Source of the DNA: Ohtaekwangia sp.
GTDB lineage: Bacteria; Bacteroidota; Bacteroidia; Cytophagales; Cyclobacteriaceae
Reading direction: 5' to 3'
Assembly (NCBI GenBank): GCA_036503775.1
Contig: DASXWH010000188.1
Location: forward strand, 15,461 to 79,460
DNA: 64,000 bases
Shown here: one piece after another, positions 1 through 9,246 of the stretch
Position numbering within the stretch: the stretch's first letter is position 1
Layout of the letters: each line of letters opens with the position of its first letter
Position numbers and translations under genes: made by a program
Notes under the pieces: model-generated
Database searches by the model: none
What the model was told of the DNA's origin: nothing
Seen by the model: only the letters and a program-made list of their open reading frames with translations

Positions 1-750
1 TCATTGGAGATGGCTTCTGTCCAGCTGGTGAATCGTATGATCTCTGCCGAAGCAGAACTCGAAGGCGAAAAGATCAAGAAGGGTAACCTGGCAGACCACG
101 AATGGAAACAGCTCGTTCATAAAACATCAAAGCTTACTACAGCTCCCATATTCATTGACGACACCCCGGCACTTTCAATTCTGGAATTGCGTGCCAAATG
201 CCGCAGGTTAAAAGCCGAGCATGGTGTTCAGTTGATCGTGATCGACTACCTCCAGCTCATGAAAGGTGATCAGGGAGGTAATCGCGAACAGGAAATTGCA
301 TCGATCTCCCGCGCGCTCAAGGGTATAGCCAAAGAACTTAGTGTGCCGGTACTCGCCCTGTCACAGTTGAGTCGTGGTGTTGAAACCCGCGGTGGTGATA
401 AACGCCCTCAGCTTTCTGACTTGCGTGAATCGGGTTCTATCGAACAGGATGCTGATATTGTTATGTTCCTGTACCGTCCTGAGTACTATAAAATTACGGT
501 TGACGAAGATGGTATGCCAACACAGGGAACGGGTGAAGTGATCATTGCCAAGCACCGTAATGGTTCCACGGGTAACGTTAAACTTAAATTCATTGGTAAG
601 TTTACCAAGTTTGCTGACCTCGACTCGCCTTCAGGTTACGATAATCCATTCTCCGGTATGATCACACGTGAAAGCCGGTTGAATACATTCAACAGTGGTG
701 ATGATGCACCTCCATTGCCACCCCGCGATGATGACGAAACGCCATTCTAA
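1..750 (+). CDS. dnaB: Replicative DNA helicase, C-terminal part (gene starts upstream of window)
   Basis: DnaB motifs IVIDYLQLM, REQEIASISRALKGIAKEL, ALSQLSR, DLRESGSIEQDADIVMFLYR, IIAKHRNG; frame is open from base 1. Confidence 0.98.
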   Translation, partial: SLEMASVQLVNRMISAEAELEGEKIKKGNLADHEWKQLVHKTSKLTTAPIFIDDTPALSILELRAKCRRLKAEHGVQLIVIDYLQLMKGDQGGNREQEIASISRALKGIAKELSVPVLALSQLSRGVETRGGDKRPQLSDLRESGSIEQDADIVMFLYRPEYYKITVDEDGMPTQGTGEVIIAKHRNGSTGNVKLKFIGKFTKFADLDSPSGYDNPFSGMITRESRLNTFNSGDDAPPLPPRDDDETPF

Positions 751-798
751 ATTCCAGAACATGAAACCTGGAACATGGAATCTGGAATCTCGAACCTT
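751..798. repeat. Degenerate heptamer tandem repeat with internal inverted repeat
   Basis: GAACATG-AAACCTG-GAACATG-GAATCTG-GAATCTC-GAACCTT at 757-798; ATTCCAGA (751-758) is the reverse complement of TCTGGAAT (781-788). Confidence 0.7.
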
Positions 799-869
799 AA
801 ATCGTTCGTTCACCGGATAATTTTCTGATCAACAGGTTCTTCTACCTATCTTTCGATAATTTTTAGAAG

Positions 870-1673
870 ATGACCGTCCTTCAGCGCATAGGCTTCGTGC
901 TTATTGTTTTTTTGTGTACTGATTCCTGTGTTACCCATGATCTAAGTGACGTAGTCGATTGCGACTTATCAGATCTCACGGTTACGTTGGAAGAGGTTGA
1001 TGATGCCACCAGTTGCACCACTGCAGATGGAATGATCCGGGTATCAGCCACCGGAGGCGAACCTCCTTATACCTTTGTATTGAATGGAGAACCGGTTGCC
1101 GGTGAAGAATTCAATAACCTTCCGGCAGGGATATACTCCATACTTGTCCAGGATAAAAAAGGGTGTGATGATACCTTGAATAATGTGATCGTCATGGCTG
1201 AAGATGTTTTGTTTACGACCACCATTGAACCGGATGATGAGTGTTTTAGTGATAATGGTTCTATTCTGGTGGAAGTTCTGGAAGGTAATCCACCGTATAC
1301 CTATAAGCTGGGTTCAGGCGAATTCTCTGAAGTTAATTTGTTCAGTCAGCTGGCACATGGCAATCATATGATAACCATCAAAGACAATACTGATTGTACC
1401 ATGGTGCTTAACATTACGGTACCCCGAGGCCAAACCGATGTAACGTGGGCATCGGATATACAACCTTTACTGGAAGCCAATTGTATAAACCCGAATTGTC
1501 ACAACGGTAAGGACCGGATAAATGATTTCCGGAAATATGCTGACGCTAAATTCTATGCAAAACAGATCAAAACACGAACGCAGGAAGGAAGCATGCCCTT
1601 TGATGGCAGCCTTGAACAATCTGAAATCGATGCCATTGCCTGCTGGGTAGATGATGGCGCATTGAATAATTAA
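870..1673 (+). CDS. Probable lipoprotein with SprB-like repeats and C-terminal cytochrome c-like domain (CX4CH)
   Basis: Hydrophobic leader ending TDSC; repeated GxIxVxAxGGxPPYTF/Y...F..L..G.Y.I.V.D units; C-terminal TWASDIQPLLEANCINPNCH...MP...IACWVDDGA. Confidence 0.7.
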   Translation: MTVLQRIGFVLIVFLCTDSCVTHDLSDVVDCDLSDLTVTLEEVDDATSCTTADGMIRVSATGGEPPYTFVLNGEPVAGEEFNNLPAGIYSILVQDKKGCDDTLNNVIVMAEDVLFTTTIEPDDECFSDNGSILVEVLEGNPPYTYKLGSGEFSEVNLFSQLAHGNHMITIKDNTDCTMVLNITVPRGQTDVTWASDIQPLLEANCINPNCHNGKDRINDFRKYADAKFYAKQIKTRTQEGSMPFDGSLEQSEIDAIACWVDDGALNN

Positions 1674-1762
1674 CCTTGTTAGGTTTTAGTTAATTATGGG
1701 AGCCACTCACGCAGTTTGGGGGGCGTTTCATATCTTTAAGAAATTTTGAGACCCCAATCCGT

Positions 1763-3550
1763 ATGATCCGATGTCTTTGGCTCGCCCTTATTTGTGGGGC
1801 CGCATTTCATGTCTATGCACAGGAAAATCCCTTTACAGACAGCTTGAAAAGAAATCTTGAAACAGCTTCGTCAGATGCTGAAAAGGTCAAGTGGCTTGGT
1901 ACTCTCTCTAATTTCTATTTCCCGGTAAATCGAAAACTTTCCGATGACTATAACCTGCAGCAATTTCAGTTAGCTGAAACCAGCCGCGACCGTAAACTCA
2001 TGGTGCTTGCCATGTTATCCAATGCCAGACGGCACTATAACATGAGCGGCAGCCAGGAAAATATAAACACCGGTGTTTCAATTTCAGAGAAGGCGTTGGA
2101 CCTTGCCCGATCTTCTGCGCTGGATGAACATCAGGCGTGGTCTTATATATACCTTGCTTTAGGGGCACGGCTAAATGGCGAAAATGATAAGGCACTGAAT
2201 TATAATAACCTGGCGTTATCCATTATCAGCACGTTGGATTCTGACTCATTGAGCGTGAATGGCTACAATTCTATTGGGAACACCTACAATGCGAAGAATG
2301 AAAAAATGCTGGCCTTCAGAAATTACCTGCATGCATTGAGCATAGCCGAAGAATCAGATAACTATTTTCTTCTCCGCGGATCTTATGCATCGCTCGCAAA
2401 TTTTTATTTGGGATTGGATGAGTTTGAAAAAGCCAAGGATTACTGGTATAAAAATCTTCGGTTGACACACCGCTTTAATAATAAGATTGACCGACTGGAT
2501 GTTTATAACAATCTCGGAAGAGTTTACGCTAATAATAAACAATTTGATCTGGCGCTTGAATTTTATCAGAAGTCAATTGCTTTGGCTGACACGTTAAAGT
2601 TTGAATTGGTAAAGCTTAATTCGTATGGAAGTATTCTGGATATGTATATGGCCAACAACGAAAACAAAAAAGCACTGGAGTTTTTTAATTCGAAACCGGA
2701 GCTTCAGGCGTTTATGAGAAACGCAGGTTTTGAATACATCGTTGATCAGGCTTTTGGAATGGCCTATACGTCTATAAGTAAATTTGATTCAGCATCGCAC
2801 TATCTCCGTAAAGCGGAAATCGGATTTGAAACCAAGGCCAGCAAAGCCAACAGGCTTTGGTTTTATAACAACATGGGAACGTTTTATAAAAAGAAAGGTG
2901 ATTTTAAAAATGCATTGATCTATTACCAGAAAGCACAACACGTCAGCGAAGATACGAGGAACATGGGAGCCATGCAGCTCATCCATCAAAATCTGGATTC
3001 AGTCTATCAGCGGCTCGGTGATTTTAAAAGTGCATATTTTCATAATAACCGTTATCAACAGCTGAAAGACAGTGTTGAAAAACTTTCCACTGAAAAAGAT
3101 CTGATGCTGCTGGAAGTTGACAATGAGAACAAACGAAAGGAGCGTGCGGCTGTACAAGCTGAAGAAGATAAGCGTACGCGCCACAATATTCAGTATATGG
3201 GTATCACAGCCGCTATTGCCGGGGTCTTTATTGTGCTGGTGATGTTGGGTATATTCAGTGTTTCAGCAGGAACGATCCGTATTCTGGGGTTCTTTGCCTT
3301 TATCTTCCTGTTTGAATTTATCATTCTGCTGGCCGATAACCAGATACATCACTGGACGCATGGGGAGCCGTGGAAAATACTAGCGATAAAGATTGGGTTG
3401 ATATCTGTCCTGCTGCCGCTTCATCACTTCATGGAAAAGAAAGTTATTCATTACCTCACTTCCAGGAAGATGCTTGAACTGAACGCGAACACAATTCTGT
3501 CAAAGATCATTCCCCGCAAGAATTCTGAGTCTGATACGGTTGAACAATAA
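1763..3550 (+). CDS. Signal peptide + TPR repeats + C-terminal three-TM membrane module
   Basis: Signal peptide to VYAQ; TPRs (e.g. YNNLGRVYANNKQFDLALEFYQKSIALA); three hydrophobic segments near C-terminus; no kinase or cyclase motifs. Confidence 0.8.
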   Translation: MIRCLWLALICGAAFHVYAQENPFTDSLKRNLETASSDAEKVKWLGTLSNFYFPVNRKLSDDYNLQQFQLAETSRDRKLMVLAMLSNARRHYNMSGSQENINTGVSISEKALDLARSSALDEHQAWSYIYLALGARLNGENDKALNYNNLALSIISTLDSDSLSVNGYNSIGNTYNAKNEKMLAFRNYLHALSIAEESDNYFLLRGSYASLANFYLGLDEFEKAKDYWYKNLRLTHRFNNKIDRLDVYNNLGRVYANNKQFDLALEFYQKSIALADTLKFELVKLNSYGSILDMYMANNENKKALEFFNSKPELQAFMRNAGFEYIVDQAFGMAYTSISKFDSASHYLRKAEIGFETKASKANRLWFYNNMGTFYKKKGDFKNALIYYQKAQHVSEDTRNMGAMQLIHQNLDSVYQRLGDFKSAYFHNNRYQQLKDSVEKLSTEKDLMLLEVDNENKRKERAAVQAEEDKRTRHNIQYMGITAAIAGVFIVLVMLGIFSVSAGTIRILGFFAFIFLFEFIILLADNQIHHWTHGEPWKILAIKIGLISVLLPLHHFMEKKVIHYLTSRKMLELNANTILSKIIPRKNSESDTVEQ

Positions 3551-3555
3551 ATACG

Positions 3556-3867
3556 TTACTCGTAAATCAATTCATCGAGAGCGGATTGTAGCTCACGAAG
3601 GGTCTTGAACTGCTGCTGACGTTTCGCTGTATCAATCCCTGATTTATAAATCTGTATAGCCTGTTCTTTCCTGGCCAGTAATTCGCACAGCTTGGCCGCG
3701 TGATAGTAGGTGGGTAGATAATCCGGATGGAGACGAAGCGCTTCTTCATATAATGTTAAGGCCTTACCGGAATCTGATTTGGATAGTTCCAGGGCAAGGG
3801 CATAGACGTTAAACGGATCACCTGAATCTTCCGCGTAGAATTTTTGAAGTTGCTCTAACCTTGTCAT
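3556..3867 (-). CDS. Small TPR protein
   Basis: MTRLEQLQKF...DPFNVYALALE...YLPTYYHAAKL; ATG at 3867 preferred over ORF-track start 3897. Confidence 0.8.
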   Translation of the reverse strand: MTRLEQLQKFYAEDSGDPFNVYALALELSKSDSGKALTLYEEALRLHPDYLPTYYHAAKLCELLARKEQAIQIYKSGIDTAKRQQQFKTLRELQSALDELIYE

Positions 3868-4044
3868 ATAATTCTTGGCCCGAAAGTAGGGCCGCAAAGC
3901 TTACTGCAAAAATCAGGTGTGAAAATTAATGCGGTGATTTCGCAGATTTTGAAATTTGTTCTTCGTTTCGCGTTTGGAAATCGGATTTTTGTATCTTGAC
4001 GCCTGTTTCTAAAAGTACTTTTGAACTAATTGATTTAGAGAGAG

Positions 4045-4776
4045 ATGAAGATTTTAGTATGCATTACACACGTTCCGGATACAACATCCAAAATCAATTT
4101 TACCGATAATAATACGAAGTTCGATCCTGCGGGTGTTCAGTTCATCATTGGCCCGTATGATGACTATGCCCTTGCCCGTGCGATTGAGATAAAGGAGGCA
4201 TCGGGAGCAACGGTAACGGTATTGAATGTAGGATTGGCTGACACCGAACCAACCATCCGGAAAGCATTGGCTATCGGAGCTGATGATGCAATTCGTGTGA
4301 ATGCAGAACCTGCAGATTCATTCTTTGTTGCCGCACAGATCGCAGAACATGCTAAAGGTTTTGATCTTGTTCTGATGGGACGTGAATCAATTGACTATAA
4401 CAGCGGTGTTGTACATGGTATTGTAGGAGAGATGCTCGGAATACCTTCTGTATCACCGGTTATGAAATTGGAAATCGAAGGCAATAAAGCAAAACTGGCG
4501 CGCGAAATAGAAGGTGGAAAGGAATATCTTGAAGTCAATCTTCCATTTGTTGCCGGATGCCAGGAACCCATTGCGGAATGGAAGATCCCCAATATGCGCG
4601 GTATTATGTCCGCCAGAACTAAACCATTGAAAGTGGTTGAACCTAAAGCTGTCAATAGCGGTGTTTCGCTTCAAAAATTTGAACTGCCTGCTCCCAAGGG
4701 TTCCGTAAAAATGATCAGTGCAGATAATGTAGGCGAATTGGTTTCCCTCTTAAAGAACGAAGCTAAAGTACTTTAA
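4045..4776 (+). CDS. etfB: Electron transfer flavoprotein beta subunit
   Basis: MKILVCITHVPDT, PYDDYALARA, ALAIGADDAIRV, GRESIDYNSG, PNMRGIMSARTKP. Confidence 0.96.
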   Translation: MKILVCITHVPDTTSKINFTDNNTKFDPAGVQFIIGPYDDYALARAIEIKEASGATVTVLNVGLADTEPTIRKALAIGADDAIRVNAEPADSFFVAAQIAEHAKGFDLVLMGRESIDYNSGVVHGIVGEMLGIPSVSPVMKLEIEGNKAKLAREIEGGKEYLEVNLPFVAGCQEPIAEWKIPNMRGIMSARTKPLKVVEPKAVNSGVSLQKFELPAPKGSVKMISADNVGELVSLLKNEAKVL

Positions 4777-4826
4777 GCTACTCCTGGTTTAAGATAATTG
4801 TAATTGATTAAATTAATTGATTGAAT

Positions 4827-5780
4827 ATGTCCACGTTGGTTTTTGTTGAAAGTGCAGAAGGAAAAATCAAAAAGACTTCTTTGGAAGCCGTAGCCTATGC
4901 ACATGCTATGAAAAATCCTGTCACTGCCATTGCCCTGGGTAGTGTTGATCAGTCAGAGCTTGAATCATTAGGTAAGTATGGTGCACAAAAAGTACTTCAT
5001 GCTTCAGATCCGAAGTTAGATGCCGGAGTCATTCAGGCATATGCTTCTGTGCTTGTAAAAGCCTTGCAGGATGAAAACGCAAATGTACTTGTACTGGCAA
5101 ACTCTTCGCTCGGAACACCCGTGGCGGCTCGTGTTGCAGCTAAGGTAGGAGCAAGTCTTGCTTCCAATGTGGTGGAGATTCCCGACACATCTGCAGGCTT
5201 TGTAGTAAAGCGTAGCATTTATACCGGTAAGGCTTTTGCAAAGGTGGAGTTGAAGAATGACAAGAAAGTAATCGGTTTGAAAAAGAATGCAGCCGAAGCC
5301 AGGGAGATTGGAAGCGCAGTTCAGGTTACTCCGTATCCGGTTTCATTGAACGATGCTGATTTTGCTGTAACCATAACATCCTCTGAAAAAGCGACAGGCG
5401 AAGTATTATTGCCGGAAGCAAATATTGTAGTATCCGGAGGCCGGGGAATGAAAGGTCCGGAGCAATGGGGCATCCTGGAAGAACTGGCAAAGACGCTTCA
5501 TGCAGCAACCGGTTGTAGTAAACCGGTTTCAGATATGGGTTGGAGACCTCACCATGAGCACGTTGGACAAACCGGTGTGAAGGTTGCACCCCAACTCTAC
5601 ATTGCCGTGGGAATATCCGGAGCAATTCAGCATTTAGCGGGCGTGAACTCCTCAAAATGTATCGTAGTAATAAACAAGGATGCTGAGGCACCTTTCTTTA
5701 AGGCCGCAGACTATGGAATTGTCGGAGATGCCTTCGATGTCATTCCTAAACTGACAGCAGCTATCAAAGCGGCAAAATAA
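4827..5780 (+). CDS. etfA: Electron transfer flavoprotein alpha subunit
   Basis: IVVSGGRGMKG, GCSKPVSDMGW, VGQTGVKVAPQLYIAVGISGAIQHLAG, INKDAEAPFFKAADYGIVGD; ATG at 4827. Confidence 0.96.
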   Translation: MSTLVFVESAEGKIKKTSLEAVAYAHAMKNPVTAIALGSVDQSELESLGKYGAQKVLHASDPKLDAGVIQAYASVLVKALQDENANVLVLANSSLGTPVAARVAAKVGASLASNVVEIPDTSAGFVVKRSIYTGKAFAKVELKNDKKVIGLKKNAAEAREIGSAVQVTPYPVSLNDADFAVTITSSEKATGEVLLPEANIVVSGGRGMKGPEQWGILEELAKTLHAATGCSKPVSDMGWRPHHEHVGQTGVKVAPQLYIAVGISGAIQHLAGVNSSKCIVVINKDAEAPFFKAADYGIVGDAFDVIPKLTAAIKAAK

Positions 5781-5855
5781 TCTGAAAACACAGTAGTATA
5801 GTCAATTGAATTGTTTGTAAGTTGTATTAGGAACGCAGCCAAGAAGAAGTACGTA

Positions 5856-6455
5856 GTGAAAAAAATCAAACTGGAAATATTAGGACTCTCATCCAGTCAG
5901 TCGCAAACCGGATCGTTTGCATTAGTGCTCGGGGAGACAGAAGGTAATCGAAGACTTCCCATAATCATCGGGATGTTTGAAGCGCAGGCAATAGCTATAG
6001 AGATTGAGAAGATCATTCCCAATCGCCCGATGACCCACGACTTGTTTAAATCGTTTGCCAACAATTTTCACTTTACCGTGGAAGAGATAATCATTTCTGA
6101 CCTGAAGGAGGGTGTGTTCTTCGGGAAGATTGTTTGTTCTGATGGTTTGAAAAAGACGGAAGTAGATGCCCGGCCTTCAGATGCTATCGCTATTGGTTTA
6201 CGATTTGACTCTCCCATTTATACATATGAAAATATCCTGGCAGAAGCAGGGATTGTTCTGACGGATGAGTCAGAGGAGGAGAAACCGGAGCCCAAAGTTG
6301 AGAAGGCTGCCAAGGTTAAGAAAGAATCATCAAAGAAGGATGATTTTAAAAACTACTCCGTTGATCGTTTGAATGAATTGCTGAAAGACGCTATTGACAA
6401 GGAGGATTATGAGCGTGCTGCTAAAATCCGTGATGAATTAAGCAAACGTAATTAG
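5856..6455 (+). CDS. Bifunctional nuclease (DUF151) family protein with C-terminal UVR domain
   Basis: LPIIIGMFEAQAIA, RPMTHDL, DARPSDAIAIGLR; C-terminal LKDAIDKEDYERAAKIRDE; GTG at 5856 is the likely start. Confidence 0.9.
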   Translation: MKKIKLEILGLSSSQSQTGSFALVLGETEGNRRLPIIIGMFEAQAIAIEIEKIIPNRPMTHDLFKSFANNFHFTVEEIIISDLKEGVFFGKIVCSDGLKKTEVDARPSDAIAIGLRFDSPIYTYENILAEAGIVLTDESEEEKPEPKVEKAAKVKKESSKKDDFKNYSVDRLNELLKDAIDKEDYERAAKIRDELSKRN

Positions 6456-6465
6456 ATTTTTACTC

Positions 6466-6495
6466 AGGCCGAAGCTTATCGTTTCGGCTTTTTTA
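6466..6495 (+). terminator. Intrinsic terminator
   Basis: AGGCCGAAGC-TTATC-GTTTCGGCTT followed by T-run, just after the DUF151 gene. Confidence 0.8.
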
Positions 6496-6525
6496 TAACA
6501 TCCCTTTAATCCTGCTGACACAATC

Positions 6526-7764
6526 ATGAGTATAAAGAATCGCCTGATCGTGATGAATTTTCTCGAGTTCTTCATCTGGGGATCATGGTTGATTTCGTTG
6601 GGAGGATACCTGATCGTGATCCTGAAATTTACCGGCACGCAGGTCGGCTACATTTATGGTACTATGGGCATTGCTTCATTGTTCATGCCGGCTATACTGG
6701 GTATTGTTGCTGACCGCTGGATCAATGCTGAACGCGTGCTGGGAATGTGTCACATCGTAGGCGCAGGACTGTTGTTTTACGCGTCATTTGTTACGGACTA
6801 TGAAACGATGTACCTGCTGATGTTATTGAATGCCATGGTTTACATGCCTACCATTGCCCTCAATAATGCAGTTTCCTATACCATTCTGGAAAGCCATGGC
6901 ATTGATATCATCACGGTATTTCCACCTATCCGGGTCTGGGGAACGGTTGGCTTCATCATCGCCATGTGGGTGGTTGATCTGGGTGGCTGGTCACTCAGCC
7001 CATGGCAATTGTACGTGAGTGCTAGTGCTGCGTTGTTGCTCGGGATTTATGCTTTTACACTTCCGGCATGTCCACCCAAAAAATCGAAACAAAAACGTTC
7101 TTTATTTTCTACGCTCGGTTTGGATGCCTTTGTGTTGTTCAAAGAAACCCGGATGCTGGTATTTTTTATTTTTGCCATGTTGCTCGGTGCGGCTTTGCAG
7201 ATTACCAATACGTTTGGCGAACCATTTCTTCACGACTTTGCTTCAGCGTATCCCAACTCGTTTGCCGTAAATCATCCAGGCCTCTTGATGTCTGTATCCC
7301 AGATTTCTGAAACATTATTTATTCTCACCATCCCTTTCTTCTTACAGCGATTTGGCATAAAGAAAGTGATGCTCATGAGTATTTTTGCCTGGGTATTGCG
7401 CTTTGGTCTGTTCGGTGTTGGTAATCCGGGTGATGGTTTGGTGTTATTGGTTTTGTCGATGATCATCTACGGTATGGCGTTCGACTTCTTTAATATCTCT
7501 GGCTCTCTTTTCGTAGAACGCGAAGCAGACGCCAGCATGACTGCTTCAGCTCAGGGACTATTCATGCTGATGACAAATGGAATAGGGGCCTTCCTCGGAG
7601 GTGCTATCAGTGGATGGGTTGTTGATTACTTCACCACCGATGGTGTTCGTGACTGGCAAAGCATCTGGTTTTCTTTTGCCGGATACGCCCTTGTTCTGGG
7701 TGTAATCTTTCCGTTTATATTCCGGTACCAGCATAAGGCAACATCATCCGTGCTTAAACACTAG
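6526..7764 (+). CDS. nupG: Nucleoside:H+ symporter (NupG/XapB family MFS)
   Basis: RLIVMNFLEFFIWGSW, GIVADRWINAERV, FPPIRVWGTVGFI, SQISETLFILTIPFFL, YGMAFDFFNISG. Confidence 0.88.
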   Translation: MSIKNRLIVMNFLEFFIWGSWLISLGGYLIVILKFTGTQVGYIYGTMGIASLFMPAILGIVADRWINAERVLGMCHIVGAGLLFYASFVTDYETMYLLMLLNAMVYMPTIALNNAVSYTILESHGIDIITVFPPIRVWGTVGFIIAMWVVDLGGWSLSPWQLYVSASAALLLGIYAFTLPACPPKKSKQKRSLFSTLGLDAFVLFKETRMLVFFIFAMLLGAALQITNTFGEPFLHDFASAYPNSFAVNHPGLLMSVSQISETLFILTIPFFLQRFGIKKVMLMSIFAWVLRFGLFGVGNPGDGLVLLVLSMIIYGMAFDFFNISGSLFVEREADASMTASAQGLFMLMTNGIGAFLGGAISGWVVDYFTTDGVRDWQSIWFSFAGYALVLGVIFPFIFRYQHKATSSVLKH

Positions 7765-7826
7765 GGTTCTCATTCGTAAATCCGTTTAACTATTTTATCT
7801 TTCAGATATTCCGTATTACCACATCC

Positions 7827-8510
7827 ATGACCGATCAGGAACATAAGGTATTGTCACATCTTGCTCAATTTGTTTCTGATCATAAAAAACAATTTGTTGA
7901 GAAGGTGCTCAGCGATCGTACCCGGCATATAACGGTTATCCTCGAGGATATTTATCAGTCACAAAATGCCAGCGCTGTAATTCGTACGGCTGAGTGCATG
8001 GGCTTACAGGATGTTCACATCGTAGAGAATACAGCCAAGTATCAGTTAAATATTCGTGTGTTGAAAGGATCTTACAAATGGATGAACATGGAGCGCTATC
8101 GGACACGCGATGTGAACAATACAAAAAACTGTTTTGATCGGTTGAAAGGTGAAGGATATAAAATCCTCGTAGCGGACCCTGCCGAGGATGGTGTTTCCAT
8201 TCATGATGTATCCGTGGATCAGGGAAGAGTTGCCCTGCTTTTCGGTAATGAACTCAGGGGCGTTTCATCCTACGCGCAGGAACATGCTGATCAACGTATA
8301 CGGATTCCTATGTATGGATTTACGGAGAGCCTTAATATATCAGTAAGTGTGGCGATCTGCCTGAACGCGTTGATCACTAAACTGCATACCGGTGAGAACA
8401 AACAAGGTCTTTCTGATGAAGAAAAAGATATCATCCGATTGAACTGGTTCAGAAAAATGGTTCGTAAGTCAGATATCATTGAACGCGAATTTGTGCGTTC
8501 AATTCAGTAG
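7827..8510 (+). CDS. trmH: TrmH/SpoU family RNA 2'-O-methyltransferase
   Basis: ILEDIYQSQNASAVIRTAEC, FGNELRGVS, IPMYGFTESLNISVSVA; exact substrate not determinable. Confidence 0.8.
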   Translation: MTDQEHKVLSHLAQFVSDHKKQFVEKVLSDRTRHITVILEDIYQSQNASAVIRTAECMGLQDVHIVENTAKYQLNIRVLKGSYKWMNMERYRTRDVNNTKNCFDRLKGEGYKILVADPAEDGVSIHDVSVDQGRVALLFGNELRGVSSYAQEHADQRIRIPMYGFTESLNISVSVAICLNALITKLHTGENKQGLSDEEKDIIRLNWFRKMVRKSDIIEREFVRSIQ

Positions 8511-8535
8511 TTTTGTTGTTGTCAATGTCTATAGA

Positions 8536-9183
8536 ATGCGTATTGTAAAAAAGATTTCCCTCATCCTGCTCATCGCATTCGTTGCCCTTATTTTATTCAG
8601 CAATATGCTGATTGTTTCCAGCACCGAAGACAGGGTTTTTTCAGACCTCTCAGCATTGCCCGATCACCGGGTGGCATTGGTACTGGGCACAAGCCATAAA
8701 ATTTCCGGAGGAAGACCTAATCCATTTTTTGAGAAACGAATTGAAACCGCTGCAGAACTTTACCGCATGGGTAAGATTGACCATTTTATTGTGAGCGGAG
8801 ACAACCGGTCAAAATATTATAACGAGCCTCTGGAAATGCAAAAAGCACTGATGAAGTTAGGTGTACCCTCGGCCGCCATTACACTCGATTATGCCGGTTT
8901 ACGAACACTCGACTCTATCGTTCGGTGCAAGGAAATTTTCGGGCAGGACAAAATTATAATCATCACGCAACCTTTTCACAGTTATCGGGCTCTGTTCATC
9001 AGCAGGTATTATGATATTGATGCTGTAGCCATGGTAGCGGATGAACCTGATTTAGAGTCTGCACTTAAGGTAAGACTTCGGGAATATCTGGCCCGCACCA
9101 AGGCAATTCTGGATTTATATGTTCTTAAGACCGCGCCACGGTTTATGGGGGAGAAAGAGGAGTTAAACGGAAAGGAAAGTTGA
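8536..9183 (+). CDS. sanA: SanA/YdcF (DUF218) family protein
   Basis: VLGTS, VSGDN, DYAGLRTLDSIVR, ITQPFH..RALFI, VRLREYLARTKA; N-terminal TM; ATG at 8536. Confidence 0.85.
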   Translation: MRIVKKISLILLIAFVALILFSNMLIVSSTEDRVFSDLSALPDHRVALVLGTSHKISGGRPNPFFEKRIETAAELYRMGKIDHFIVSGDNRSKYYNEPLEMQKALMKLGVPSAAITLDYAGLRTLDSIVRCKEIFGQDKIIIITQPFHSYRALFISRYYDIDAVAMVADEPDLESALKVRLREYLARTKAILDLYVLKTAPRFMGEKEELNGKES

Positions 9184-9221
9184 AACCATCACACCCTTTC
9201 CATAGTTAAAGTAGAAATCAT

Positions 9222-9229
9222 TAATTTTG
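9222..9229 (+). promoter_or_regulatory. Bacteroidota -7 promoter element
   Basis: TAATTTTG exactly matches TAnnTTTG, 17 nt upstream of the next start codon. Confidence 0.55.
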
Positions 9230-9246
9230 CTTTTAAAATCGAGCTT

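Noticed and set aside
751-798. Possible CRISPR or mini-array
   Set aside because: Units are 7 nt with no spacers and no cas genes.
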